A stretch of 63,028 bases of DNA from Tolypothrix carrinoi HA7290-LM1 (GCA_019358935.1 JAHHIK010000042.1:1-63028), one strand, 5' to 3'; counted from the first letter of the stretch, positions 29,836 to 41,929 are shown. Notes: generated by a model from the sequence alone, not told the origin. Translations and numbers: made by a program.

Positions 29836-30951
29836 ATGGAAGCAGTTTGGAACACACTGAAAAATATCGATTACTCCGGCATACCCATTGGCAAAATAGT
29901 TACCGTCATCATCCTCCTGACGTTGACACAGACCTTGAGACGATTTGTTGTTGCAGCTATTGTTAACACTATTGAGCGCTTTACTCGCAAAACCAAGAGC
30001 AACCTCGACGATGAGTTAATTGCGATTCTCAAACCATCCTTAAGTTGGTTGATTCTGGTTGCTGGACTGTGGCTTGCCAAGGAAATTCTGGCACCGAACA
30101 TAGGGTCTCAATTGAGCGAAGCAATCGGTAGCACGCTCAACTTAGTAGTTGTTTTTATAGTTGCATACTTTGTTTACCGAGCCTCTTCCATCTTGGGTCA
30201 GATAATTGCTAACGTATTGCTGCATACTGACACTGAGCTTGATGAATTGCTCAGACCCTTGATGCCGAAAGTTTTTCAATCGGCAGCAGTTATCGTAATC
30301 ACTATTAAGGTAAGTGAAATCTTTTTAGGACAATCGGCAGCAGCACTGGTTGGTCTATTAGGTGGTGCTGGTATCACTTTAGGTTTGCTGTTGAAGGACA
30401 TTGTTTATGACTGGTTTTGTACAATTATTATCTACTCTGATAATCTCTATCGAGAAGGTGACTGGGTAGGAATATCAGGAGTAGAGGGTTTTGTGCAAAT
30501 ACTCAATATTGGATTTCGAACCACAACTCTGCATATATATCAGTGGGGTTCTATTATGAAAATGCCCAATTCTAAAATGATTTCTGGAATTGTGGAGAAT
30601 TGGTCACAAAATCCAGGTAAAGAATTAAAGTGGGGCATTAGTTTAACTCTCAAGATTGATAATATTTCAGCACAGCAAACTGCCAGAATATGTGATAGTA
30701 TTCGAGAAATGCCCTCATTTATTAAGGGCTTATCAAAAGAGATAATAGTTCGTTTTAGCAAGATTGAAAATAATGCCCGCGTCATTAAAGTTGTCGCTTT
30801 TGTTAATGATGACAATCTCTATTTTGATGCTGAAAAAAACTTAAATTTAGCCATATTAGAAGTACTGGAGAAAGAGAAAATCGATTTCCTGTATGTGGAA
30901 TTAGAAACCAGTCCAGAAAAGTATAAACATCTACAAGCACCCAACAATTAA
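29836..30951 (+). CDS. mscS: MscS-family mechanosensitive channel
   Basis: TM helices; GGAGITLGLLLKD; GDWV...GFVQILNIGFRTT...MPNSKM...ENWS. Confidence 0.85.
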   Translation: MEAVWNTLKNIDYSGIPIGKIVTVIILLTLTQTLRRFVVAAIVNTIERFTRKTKSNLDDELIAILKPSLSWLILVAGLWLAKEILAPNIGSQLSEAIGSTLNLVVVFIVAYFVYRASSILGQIIANVLLHTDTELDELLRPLMPKVFQSAAVIVITIKVSEIFLGQSAAALVGLLGGAGITLGLLLKDIVYDWFCTIIIYSDNLYREGDWVGISGVEGFVQILNIGFRTTTLHIYQWGSIMKMPNSKMISGIVENWSQNPGKELKWGISLTLKIDNISAQQTARICDSIREMPSFIKGLSKEIIVRFSKIENNARVIKVVAFVNDDNLYFDAEKNLNLAILEVLEKEKIDFLYVELETSPEKYKHLQAPNN

Positions 30952-31047
30952 AAAAACGAAGGGGAACGAAGCAATCTCAAACTCTTGCGATTGCTTCACT
31001 ACGCTATCGCAATGAAGCGATCGCGTAAGCAATTAACAAACATCAAA

Positions 31048-34000
31048 TTACTTACGCTCCTCCAAGATTAACGTAGAATCAGCCGATCGCCCAAATTCTT
31101 CTGGTGCGTATTGCAGATGTACTTTCGCACCAGGATAAATAAATGTACCGGGTGTCACTCCACGCACTAAGTAATGAAGGCTATAAACGCCTGGATCTAA
31201 ATGGTCAGCATAGGCGATAATGCGATCGCGATAAATTGTTTTAAATCCAAGTTGCCAATTATCTGCTTTTGCTTTTAATGCAGATGTGGCAGTTTGAAAG
31301 CTTTCATCGACAGCTTCAAATCCCGCAGGTAACGGATCGTTAATCACCACATGCTCTACAGGATGATCGGCAATAAGTTCTAATTCTATATTATACACCT
31401 GTCCTGTTTCTATTGTCAAGGGTTTATCAAAAGCATAAAGTCCGATTTTTTGCAAGACTTTTTTATCACCGACACGGCTAATTTCTCGCGATATCCGTAA
31501 ACCGTTAAATCTCCCAGGTTGATTTCCTTGCAAGCGATAGCGATAAGCTAGTAAATAGTGCAATGTCCCAGAAGGTGATTTTTGCAGAGTTAGATCGTGA
31601 TGTCCGCGAGGTAAGTTAGCGATCGCTACATTTAGCTGTAAACTAGAATTACGGTATCCTTGAAACCGATTTTCTCCCAGTTTCTTACCGGCTAATTTCA
31701 CAGTTGCAGTAAAATTCGGTGGTGTTGGTTGCAGTTTGGCATATTCCACCAAAGCTGTCAGCGCTTGGGCATTGTCATAACTAGTTTGCCATGTCCCATT
31801 GCGTCGCAGTGTTAAAAGACTTTGAAATAACTTATCGATAACTTCTGGTTTAGCTTGGAGAGTGATAAACAAACGTAAAGCTTGCGCTTGTGCGGTTGTC
31901 GGTGAACTCATCCATCCCCAACTCCTGGGTAAATTTATCACTGCGCTGCGACCAGTTTCATATATATATTGTTGTAACTGCTGTAAAAGTTGTTTAGATT
32001 CATCTTGCCATTCGGGAAACTCAGATAGATACCGCGTTAATTTAATTTGCGTCACTAAATCAAAGTTGTTGCGTTGTTGGTAAATATCTGTCAAAAAGCT
32101 ATTGCGTTTTTAGCCAAATTGTGCAGTGGCAATTAAAGCATTAAGTTGGATTTGGCTTTTGCAGGGTTGCTGTTTACAAAACTCAAATTGTCCGGGGTTG
32201 GCGAGGATTTTCTGCAAATATCCCTTGAGGCGTGGTATCATCGTCGAATTGCTATTTGCTTTCGCCAAAGACTCAGCCACATAAAGAGAAATCCAAGGAT
32301 CTGACTTTTCTTGTCCTGGATAAGCTGCAAAACCACCATCGGCAAGTTGGAGTTTTTGCAATTGGGCGATCGCTTGGGTTGATTGTTTGGTAAAATTCAA
32401 CTCTGGGAAAGTCTGACCGTATTTTTCTGAGAGTGTTTGCAGATTAGCGGCAATTATCAATCGACTCGCAGCTGGTTCAGCAAAAGGTAAATCATCATCT
32501 TCTATAACCTGTTTTGCGGGTGCTTTAATTTCCGGAATCAAAGTACTCGCTAATTGAATGTCTAAACCTCCCGCTCCGGGGAAGACATTTTTATCGACAT
32601 TCAAAGGAATTTTTACTTGATTCGCAATTTGACTCTTAAAAACTCTGCGATCCTTTGCGTTACCCTTTGCGCTCCTTTGCGTTTCAAACGAATTTGATAT
32701 TACACCAGTTTCGACAACTTCTTCTGTGACTTCCAGCGGTTTAATTTCTAAAGGTACTTCAAAAGCATCGGTGCTGCGATTTAGTTGAGTGGTGAAGCGG
32801 ATTTGACTTTCACCAACACTTGAAGCGACGATGGGAAAGCGATAAGCAGAAGTAGCTGATTCAGCTTGGGTTTGTAAAAAAGCGGTTGTGGGATTTTTGC
32901 CTTCAAAGTTGATTGTACCGCTAACTGTACCATTAATTGCCAGAGTACCAGATGAGTTAGTGTTGTTAGTTACGGATAAACCAGAGAGAATGCGATCGCC
33001 TGGACGCGCAAATTGTGGCAATATTGGATTAGTTAGCAGTGGCTTTGTGGTGATAAAGGTTGTTTCACCATTACCAAAACGTAGATTTCCATCAGTAGCT
33101 ACAGTCATTACTCGCCATGTAGTTAAATTATCTGGTAATTTAAATGTTATCTGTGCTTTACCATCAGCGTCTGTACGTACATTATTATAGTAAGCTAAAG
33201 CTTGAAAATCTCTGCGGATGCGGGTATTTGCTGCACCGGCTGAGAACCCACCCCCATAACCCCAACCTTTCGGTTTAGCGACAGCGTTTTGTTCTACCAC
33301 CACATTTTGACGATTATCGCTAAAGCGGGTAGATATTGATTGTTCAGCATAAACTGTATTTACCAAATCTGGGGGACGATAGCCAGAAAGTTGTAACACC
33401 GCATCATTCACCACCATAACAGTGAATTGTCCTTTGGTGGGATTTCCTTGATTATCCTTCAATTGTAATTGTACCGTTTCTGACGCACCAGGTTCTAATG
33501 AAATTTGCAAAGGTGTAACTTGCACCTTTAAATATTTATCTGACAAATTAACTTTAAAAGGTACAAAGCCAATTTTTACTAAATTATTTAAACTTCCGGG
33601 TGACAATTTATTCAGAGGAACACCCTGACGCAGCAACACAGCTTCAACTGCTGCATTTGGTAGCATTTCCGGTGTAACTTTAAATTGAATTTGTGGTGCA
33701 CCGCCCTTAACTTTGGTAATCTGTTGATAAATAGGTTTATCTTTGACAACAGCAAAGTACAATTCTGCTTCTGGATAGGGAGATTGAATCAGTGCGGTAG
33801 CAGTTTCACCGACTTGAAACTCTTTTTTATCAAGTTTCACCTCCAACTTATCTTTTTCACCTTCACCCCAAGCTACTGGATTTTCACCAGTTGCCCAAAT
33901 TTGCAAATCTGTAGCGCTTAAATCATCTTTCGCATCGCTAAAATTAGCTTGAATTCTGTAAGAACCAGATTCGGGTGGTGTTAAACTTACAGATTGAGGA

Positions 34001-36795
34001 CTGTTACCTGATGTAACTTCTACTTTTCCAACCGTCTTATATTCAACTTGATTTTTTGCAGTTTTGCTACCTTCCACCACTTGAGTTAAGCTGCTGTATT
34101 TCATCTGCTGCAATTCCAGCTTAATGCGTTGACCTTCCAGCACTTTTCCCGTAAAGTCAGAAACGATAACTTGAATCGGAAAAGCAAGACCTGCTTCAGC
34201 GACAAAGTTGCTTTTTAAACCGATGAGACGATTACTCGGCAAAGCTGTAAAAGTCTGAGAATTCGCTACAGATAAATTAGAAACATCTGACACTTCAACA
34301 TCCACCCGATAAATCATCGGATAAGGTAATTTCTCCACATTTACAATTTGACTACTTTTACCATTAGCATCTAACTGGGTATCGATTTGCAAAACATCGC
34401 TTGGTAAAGACGGAGATTCCTCCGGAAAAAGCCATTGTCTACCAAAACTGAATTCTTCCCAACCCTTAGGAATAAAATTCGTTTGGTTTCTCGTAACAAA
34501 ATATTTTGCCTTTCCTGCTGACACAGGTGAACCGAACAGATAATTACTGACCGTTTTCGCTGCAATATTATCACCAATAGAAGCAAATTGCTTATCTAAA
34601 GCTAGTTCAACTTTAAAATTTGGTGGTTTAAACTCAGCGACGCGAAATTCTCCAGAAATTTCGTGTCCGTTTTTCCCCTTCGCTTGAATTGTATAATAAC
34701 CTAATTTTTGATTGTTCTTAATCGGTAACTCTAGAGAAAACGTACCAAACTCATTCGTTGTTCGCGTACCTAAATCTGTCTTTTGCCCATCTGGATTTAT
34801 AATAGTTAATTGGTAAACAGCATTTTTATCTTGCTGAATCGTACCATTTTGCAAATAATCAGCAAAGCCAGTAAAATAAGCTTTTTCATTTGGTTGATAC
34901 AACTGTCTATCAGAGAAAATTATTCCGCGTGATTCAGGTTTATCATTTTGCCAACCTGCATCAATACCGTAACCATAAGCACCGCTATATTCATCAGTGC
35001 GTGTAAATGCCCAATCTTGATTTTCACGCGCTACTACTAATAGTTCTGGTGATTTTTTCAAGCTTTTACTTTGAGAATAACATGACTGCAAATCTGAACG
35101 ATTCAGCTTTAAGTTTCCATTTTCATCAGTTTTACTCGATGCACAAGGTATCGGTTGCGGACGAGATTTGGCATTCAATTTTGATTCATAAATTTCCACA
35201 GCAGCACCTTTGACAGGTGAACCATCAGCAAGATGATGAACCCGAATCAAACTCGATTCTGGAAACCACTGCGAAAATACACCCAAATTCGTTAATTGAA
35301 CTAACCCATAACTTGTAGGTTCTCTCCAAAGTTGTTTATTATTCTCTTTATATTGATTAGTGCGTCCCTGTACTCCATAAGCTAGCATTCCTGTAGACGT
35401 ACCCAGCTTTTCTTGTAAAGGAATACTCACATCAACTGATTGATTCTTCTTCGTCGCTAATTTAAAGCTTTGCCATTTGGATGATTTAGGTAATAAATCA
35501 TTTCCACTATTAAAATAAACTAAATCTGTTGGTTGAACTACTTTATAAGCAGCTTTGTATTTTGATTCAGGCAAGTTGACTGTATTAATATTGAGTTGTA
35601 AATTCTTACCCGCAGGGAAAATATTTAATCCATCAGGAACCCAGATATCCCCGGCTAAATCTCCTGTATGATAATTGACGGTAACTGATTTACCTAAAGT
35701 CTGCCCAAACTTATCTTTGAGATTTGCACCAATCGCGATCGCATAATGAGTCGCAGGTTTTAAAGCATAAGGATTGATGCTGACAAGTTTATCTTGGTCA
35801 TTCACTTGAATAAGTCGAGATATGTCTTGCGGTGCAGGATTAATTTTAATATTTTCAATAGCCGAATCTGCCACTAAGACGTTATTAAATTCTAGCTGTG
35901 GACTACCTTGAATAAATCTGCCATATGTTCCACCTGCATCAGGTTGTCCGTAAAACTTAATTCCTTGAAATGTCAATGGTGAATAAGTTGTTAACTTACT
36001 GACAAACTCTTTCTCACTTAAGAGATTACCATTAGCCGGACGCACACCCGGAGAAAATTGCAAGCGATAACGAGTTGCTTTTTCTAGGTTCTGCTGGGGA
36101 ATCAGGTTATAAATCCAATTGCGTGTTGAAGGGTCAAACTTTTCCAGCGGTTCTTCATTTTCTTCTTTTGCTAAATCAACTTTAAAGCGTACACCCTGCT
36201 TTTTCCCTTCCGGTAGAAGTTGCAAATGCTTTTCCACTGAAGCTAGATTCAATTCTACATTTGATGTAAATTGCAATTTATCTTTTAAATCAATCGATTC
36301 TTCAGTCTTGTCTATAGGGTTAACACCTGGTAAATTACTTAAATTGATGAGTTCGGTGTTGAAAGTCCAAGCTAAATCTTTCTCAAGACGGTGTTTTTGT
36401 AAGTCAGCTAAACCAGCTTTGAGAGTAACTTGAAACCGCGTTGCTTTTGGTAACGCTTTCTCAGCTTTAAATCCTACCATACGCGGTGTCAAAAATTGAA
36501 AATGACCGGGTAAATTTGGCGTAAGTTCAAATTTTTGTAACAAAGTTTCTTGTTCTGGGTTATCAAGACTGGACAGGGGAATTAAAGCTTCTTTAAAACG
36601 GATGCGAATTTGCTGAAGAGGTTTAGCATCTCCGAGTGGACTAATTTGTTCAATCCAATCTGGTAAAATCGGGGGAGTTAGTGCAGAAACTTCTGGAAGT
36701 TGTTCTTTACCTGGAGCGATACCAATTAAATTACACCCTGTTACTCCTACTACAAATGTTATGATAAGCAGGGACTGCATTATTCTTATGAGCAT
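31048..36795 (-). pseudogene. Bacterial alpha-2-macroglobulin lipoprotein interrupted by one in-frame TAA at 32110-32112
   Basis: Lipobox VTGC; SDRQLYQP; FRVAEFKPPNF; LPDNLTTWRV; both ORFs in one frame: ATAQFG*KRNSFLTDIY. Confidence 0.88.
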
Positions 36796-37007
36796 GTTAA
36801 AAAAAATAAAATAAAGTAACGTAGCAGTTTATAACTGTTATAACAATCCTAAATAAGAGCGTCAAAATTTCTCTCTTTTCTTTCCTCTGTGTCCTCTGCG
36901 TCTCTGCGGTTTGTTAACTCAAATCTTCTTCACAAAATAGTAATAAACTATTTAGACAACCAATTAAATCTAATTGTTTCCGAAAAACATTACAAATCTT
37001 AATATAG

Positions 37008-39302
37008 ATGAGTAGAAAGAAGTTTATAATAAGGGCTTCAGCCCTGAAAATTATTATGAGGGCTAAAGCCCTGACTACGGTTATCGTAATCCTGCTATTA
37101 TGCGTGACAGTACGCTTATTGCCATATTTAGCACCAATTCGTACCGCAGATATTGCCCAAGAGAAACAAGCGATCGCCTTTACAGACCGCAATCAGCTAT
37201 TATTAGGAACGCTACTCACACGAGATAGCGAACATACCGCAGTCGTACCCCTAAATCAAGTTTCCCCCCAATTTATCCACGCGATTTTAGCAGCTGAAGA
37301 TGGTACCTTTTATCACCACGGCGCACTTGATTTAAAAGCGATCGCCCGCGCTATCAAAGACGCAATTCACGCCAAACGAATACTTTCCGGTGCTTCTACC
37401 ATCACCATGCAACTAGCCCGCATGTTGGATTCACTGCCCCGCACTGTATCAGGTAAAACTCAGGAGATTTGGTTATCTTGGCGATTAACAGCCGGAATGA
37501 ACAAAGATGATATTCTGAGTGCATACATCAATCGTTTGCCGATGGGAGGAAATATCTACGGTGTAGAAGCTGCATCTCGCATCTATTTTTCCATACCTGC
37601 AAGCGATTTGAATCTAGCACAAGCAAGTTTCTTAGCTGCTATCCCCAATAATCCAACTTACTTTAATCCTTACGAACATTATCAACGCTTGAAACAGCGG
37701 CAAAAATACGTCCTTAATCGAATGATACAGGATGGGTATATTACGAGCGCGATCGCACAACGAGCATACATCGAAAAAGTTATATTTGCCTCTCGTCAAC
37801 CGGGAATCATTGCTGCACCGCACTTTTTATTTTGGCTATCAAGTCAAATCCCGCCAACTTCGCTTAACAAATCTTCATCTCCCATCCGCACTACCATCAA
37901 TCGTCCTTTACAGCAGTTTGTGGAAGCACAAGTACAGCAAATACTTACCAATCTTGCTGCTAACAACGTTCATGACGCAGCTGCTTTAGTAATTGACAAC
38001 CACACCGGGGAAGTTTTGGCTTATGTCGGTTCCCCTGATTACTTTAACGAAGCCAAACTCGGACGTAATGATGGAGTTCAGGCGTTGCGTCAACCAGGAT
38101 CTACACTCAAGCCGTTTTTATATGAGTTAGCTTTAGAAAAATCTGTAATTCGTCCCAATTCTATTTTAGCAGATGTGCCGGCAAATTACGCGATTCCGGG
38201 GGCGAAACTTTACAGTCCTACAGATTATACGCGAAGCTTTACAGGACCTGTCCGGGTGCGCGTTGCTTTGGCGAATTCGCTGAATGTACCAGCAGTTAGG
38301 GTGTTAGAAAAGGTTGGCGTGCAGGCTTTTTTGGATCGTCTGCGTGAGTTGGGGTTTGCACATCTGACTCAGCCAGCAGAATATTACGGTTTGGGCTTGA
38401 CTTTGGGTAGTGGCGAAGTCAGTTTATGGGAATTAGCTAAAGCTTATGTAATTATAGCACGATTTGGACAAGCCATACCAATTATAACCACATTTCCCCC
38501 TCCCCCCCTCTCCCCCTCTCCCCCTCTCCCCCCGACGACGTGGCAATTAATTACTGACATGTTGAGCGATCGCTATGCCCGTGCGACAGCTTTTGGTGTA
38601 GACTCGGTATTAAATTTACCATTTGCCACAGCGGTCAAAACGGGCACATCCTCTAATTTTCGCGATACATGGACTGTCGGCTTTTCTAGCGATTACACAG
38701 TGGCTACCTGGGTAGGTAATTTCGACGGCAAACCGATGCGCCAAGTCTCCGGAGTTACAGGTGCAGCGCCTTTGTGGAATCGAATTATGTTACATTTGCA
38801 CTCCTCACAAGAACCAGCTAATTTTCCTTCTCCGTCAGGGATGGTAAAACTACCGATGTGTGCAATTTCGGGGTTAAAACCTACACCAAGCTGCACCTCG
38901 GTTGTAGAAGAATATTTCTCTTTAGAAGATAAAAGCAGTTATGAACGTCTTCAGTTCAATTTACCCGGTGAGTATGATGAATGGTTAGCAAGACAAAATC
39001 AATTCAATTTAACTTCTAACAATTTCAAGATTTTATCGCCTCACAATCGCGATTTATTCTTATTATATCCAGGTGAAGAAGGAAAGCAAAAATTAGAATT
39101 TAAGCTAGGAGGAATATCATCTGAGCCTGTAGAGTGGTGGTTGAATGGTGAAAAGCTAGATACATCAGCGAATGCGTTGTTTTGGACATTACGTCCCGGT
39201 AACTGGACTTTATCAGCAAAAAGTGGTGAAATCAGCGACAAAGTAACTTTTCAAGTACAGTTAGCAAATATCAAACCCACACGTCGCGGCTTTTCTTATT
39301 AG
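37008..39302 (+). CDS. pbpC: Penicillin-binding protein 1C
   Basis: AEDGTFY and GASTITMQLAR transglycosylase; PGSTLKPF, SLNVPAV and KTGTS transpeptidase; divergent from the A2M gene, its usual partner. Confidence 0.92.
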   Translation: MSRKKFIIRASALKIIMRAKALTTVIVILLLCVTVRLLPYLAPIRTADIAQEKQAIAFTDRNQLLLGTLLTRDSEHTAVVPLNQVSPQFIHAILAAEDGTFYHHGALDLKAIARAIKDAIHAKRILSGASTITMQLARMLDSLPRTVSGKTQEIWLSWRLTAGMNKDDILSAYINRLPMGGNIYGVEAASRIYFSIPASDLNLAQASFLAAIPNNPTYFNPYEHYQRLKQRQKYVLNRMIQDGYITSAIAQRAYIEKVIFASRQPGIIAAPHFLFWLSSQIPPTSLNKSSSPIRTTINRPLQQFVEAQVQQILTNLAANNVHDAAALVIDNHTGEVLAYVGSPDYFNEAKLGRNDGVQALRQPGSTLKPFLYELALEKSVIRPNSILADVPANYAIPGAKLYSPTDYTRSFTGPVRVRVALANSLNVPAVRVLEKVGVQAFLDRLRELGFAHLTQPAEYYGLGLTLGSGEVSLWELAKAYVIIARFGQAIPIITTFPPPPLSPSPPLPPTTWQLITDMLSDRYARATAFGVDSVLNLPFATAVKTGTSSNFRDTWTVGFSSDYTVATWVGNFDGKPMRQVSGVTGAAPLWNRIMLHLHSSQEPANFPSPSGMVKLPMCAISGLKPTPSCTSVVEEYFSLEDKSSYERLQFNLPGEYDEWLARQNQFNLTSNNFKILSPHNRDLFLLYPGEEGKQKLEFKLGGISSEPVEWWLNGEKLDTSANALFWTLRPGNWTLSAKSGEISDKVTFQVQLANIKPTRRGFSY

Positions 39303-39350
39303 AAACCCGACTTCTTTAGAAACCCGACTTCTTAAAGAAGTCGGGTTTCT
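39301..39350. repeat. AGAAACCCG(A/G)-type palindromic repeat; family members at 26342-26374 and 59626-59657
   Basis: AGAAACCCGACTTCTTAAAGAAGTCGGGTTTCT. Confidence 0.7.
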
Positions 39351-39516
39351 GGGCAGCATCAGAAATTTATTTTTTATCTTTTTTCAGGAAAGAACTATCT
39401 AAAGAGTGAAGAGATAAATAAAGCCATAGGCTTTAATTGTAAATTAAGGGATGCGCCACTGTGATTTTTCCGGTAAGAGTAACTAAGATCTCAGTGGCAG
39501 CATAAAGGTAAATAAA

Positions 39517-39678
39517 ATGACAACCACACAAACTAGCTCAAAGAAAACAGAAAACAAATCAGCCAAGAAGAAACAATCTTCTTATCATACAGATATCGGT
39601 ACTCCTAAAGTACCAGTTCGCCAACGCAAAACGAACCAGCAACATGAAATCTTAAGTGACTGGAACCACGCAAGTTAG
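39517..39678 (+). CDS. 53-aa small basic protein, below the ORF-track cutoff
   Basis: MTTTQTSSKKTENKSAKKKQSSYHTDIGTPKVPVRQRKTNQQHEILSDWNHAS*; AAGG RBS; upstream 7-2-7 box. Confidence 0.6.
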   Translation: MTTTQTSSKKTENKSAKKKQSSYHTDIGTPKVPVRQRKTNQQHEILSDWNHAS

Positions 39679-39748
39679 TATCAGGAAAACATGGTGTTTG
39701 CTGGTTATAAGCTGGATAATTTATGCAACCTAGCTTTTTGTGTTGTCA

Positions 39749-41599
39749 CTATCTAATATTCACCTCTTGCATGTAATTTCCTGGCTGAAAATTGTCCAGC
39801 TTAGTAGTGGTTTTGCTGTGGATGAATGAATTAGTCCACATAGCTTTGGCTATTGGTGATGTAGCTACCTTTTCATCTTGTGTCAGTTGCGATCGCCTGC
39901 TATCATCATTAGGAGTTTTGTCAGCTTGCAGACGCTGCTTTTGCGTATACTCAATTAGTTTAGCTTGAGCTTGAGCGTAAACTGAACTACCTTGAGGAAC
40001 TTGTTGGAGAAACTCCACAGCACCATCAAAGTCACCCTCTGCTGCTTTGTTGTAAGCCTTTTGGACAAAGTAAGCTGCTCTAATTTGCTGCTTTTGATTG
40101 TATTCAGTCAACTTTTGTTGAACTATAGTTTTAGAAGAGCTTTCTTGGGGAATTTGCTGCAAGTAGTTTAAAGCAGTAGAGAAATCTTTTTCACCTGCTC
40201 TTTGGTAAGCCTTAGCTAATAAGTCTTTTGACTCGACTTCGAGGTTAGCGCGTGCAGATTTAGCTAGTTTATCAGTTTTCGATTGCCAATATAAAATATC
40301 CGGAACTTGAGCAGCAGTACGAAGTACATCTGTCCAACGATTTTCGCTATTAGCTTTTTCTACAGCTTGATAGCGTTGTGCTGCGAGTTGCCATTGCTGA
40401 CGCCATTCGCCAATTGTAGCTTGAGCTTCTGAATAAACGCTGCTGTTTGGCTTAATTGTTCGCGCTAAAGCGATCGCTCCTTCTAAATTTCCCGCTTGAT
40501 ATTGTTCGGTTGCTTTATATAAAGCTTCTGTTTCTGAATATGCCGGCGAATTATTAGCTAAAGAATATACTCCTAATCCCATCACCAAAGAATTAGCCGC
40601 TAATCCTACTCTCATTCCTGTCACTAGAGAGGGTGATTTTATAAACTTAAACCGTCCTTGGGAGTTATCACCTGCGGACACAGTATATTCTGCATCTAAT
40701 ACTTGCGACTCTTTCAAAGGCATTTGCTTGAGCACTTGCAACACCTCAACCGCTGACCCAAAGCGGTTTTCGTGGTCGTAACGAATCATTTGGCTGAGGA
40801 CAGCAGCTAGATAATCATTAACTGGCGTATCATTCAAACGCCAATAAATGTCATTTGTATAAGGATCTATTTTTAATTGTAACGGTGCTAACCCTGTTAA
40901 ACCTTGGATAGCAATCATGCCCAAAGAATAAATATCACTATTGGGCTGCGCTTGACTAATAAATTGCTCTGGGGGTATATATCCCAAAGAGGTGACGGGA
41001 AGTCGATAAATCGGCAATGCTGCATCTACACCAAAATCAACCGGCACAATTGAACCAAAGTCGATCAAAACTAACTTGCGATCGCAAGCGCGTCTGATCA
41101 AGTTTTCCGGTTTAACGTCGCAATGGATAACTCCTTGCGAGTGAACAAATTCGAGAATTTCCAGAACATCATTGAGAAATTGGATAACTTCGCTTTCACT
41201 CCAAAGACTCCCCCATTGTTGACCCATCGGCAATTCAGCCGTCAACGCATGTCCTTCAATAAACTCTTGTACTAGATAGAATCTTTCATCTTCTTCAAAA
41301 CAAGCAAGAAGTTCGGGAATCTGGTTATGATGTCCCAACTGCTTGAGGGTTTCGGTTTCCGTAAGAAAGCGCAACCTGAGAGTATCCAAGTAACTTGGTT
41401 GAGAACCAGTCACCTTTAGCTGTTTAACTACGCATTTTGGGTTCTCAGGGTGATCTATATCTACGGCGATGTATGTTTGTCCAAATACGCCCGCACCGAG
41501 GTTTTGAACGATTTGGTACCGTCCTTGTAGTACTTTACCGATCATGTATTGAGTCATGAGTTGGTTGCTGAGTAAGTCGCTATTTAGGTTTTCTGACAT
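39749..41599 (-). CDS. Pkn2-type membrane Ser/Thr protein kinase with periplasmic helical repeats
   Basis: LGAGVFGQTY; IHCDVKPEN; DFG; GYIPPEQ; SDIYSLG; TM followed by repeats. Confidence 0.9.
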   Translation of the reverse strand: MSENLNSDLLSNQLMTQYMIGKVLQGRYQIVQNLGAGVFGQTYIAVDIDHPENPKCVVKQLKVTGSQPSYLDTLRLRFLTETETLKQLGHHNQIPELLACFEEDERFYLVQEFIEGHALTAELPMGQQWGSLWSESEVIQFLNDVLEILEFVHSQGVIHCDVKPENLIRRACDRKLVLIDFGSIVPVDFGVDAALPIYRLPVTSLGYIPPEQFISQAQPNSDIYSLGMIAIQGLTGLAPLQLKIDPYTNDIYWRLNDTPVNDYLAAVLSQMIRYDHENRFGSAVEVLQVLKQMPLKESQVLDAEYTVSAGDNSQGRFKFIKSPSLVTGMRVGLAANSLVMGLGVYSLANNSPAYSETEALYKATEQYQAGNLEGAIALARTIKPNSSVYSEAQATIGEWRQQWQLAAQRYQAVEKANSENRWTDVLRTAAQVPDILYWQSKTDKLAKSARANLEVESKDLLAKAYQRAGEKDFSTALNYLQQIPQESSSKTIVQQKLTEYNQKQQIRAAYFVQKAYNKAAEGDFDGAVEFLQQVPQGSSVYAQAQAKLIEYTQKQRLQADKTPNDDSRRSQLTQDEKVATSPIAKAMWTNSFIHSKTTTKLDNFQPGNYMQEVNIR

Positions 41600-41929
41600 C
41601 GCCCGGTTTTTCCGGAAACCCTTACGAATTCTTCAATATAGCGCTGATTTATTCGATAAATTTTTATTAAGTTCTCAGTGCTAACACGTAACTCTTTACA
41701 AGAAGTTTATAAGATTAGTCACAAAAAAATAAACGCACATCAGGTATGAAATATTGCCCCTCTTGTCGAATATCGACATTATTCTTCACATATCGACTAT
41801 GCCAGTTTGGGTATCTGGTTGAGTAAGTATGAGGAATTGAGCAATTAAGCAATAATCCAACCAGGTGCAACTTTTATGTGGAACAGCTTATCGATCTGTG
41901 CAAGACCAACCAACCAATGGCTATACACG

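Noticed and set aside
32095..32112. Programmed frameshift or Sec/Pyl recoding in A2M
   Set aside because: Both halves are in one frame and the stop is TAA, which is not a Sec or Pyl codon
7581..38896. Numerous 60-120-aa ORFs overlapping the large genes
   Set aside because: Shadow ORFs in alternative frames of well-supported CDSs
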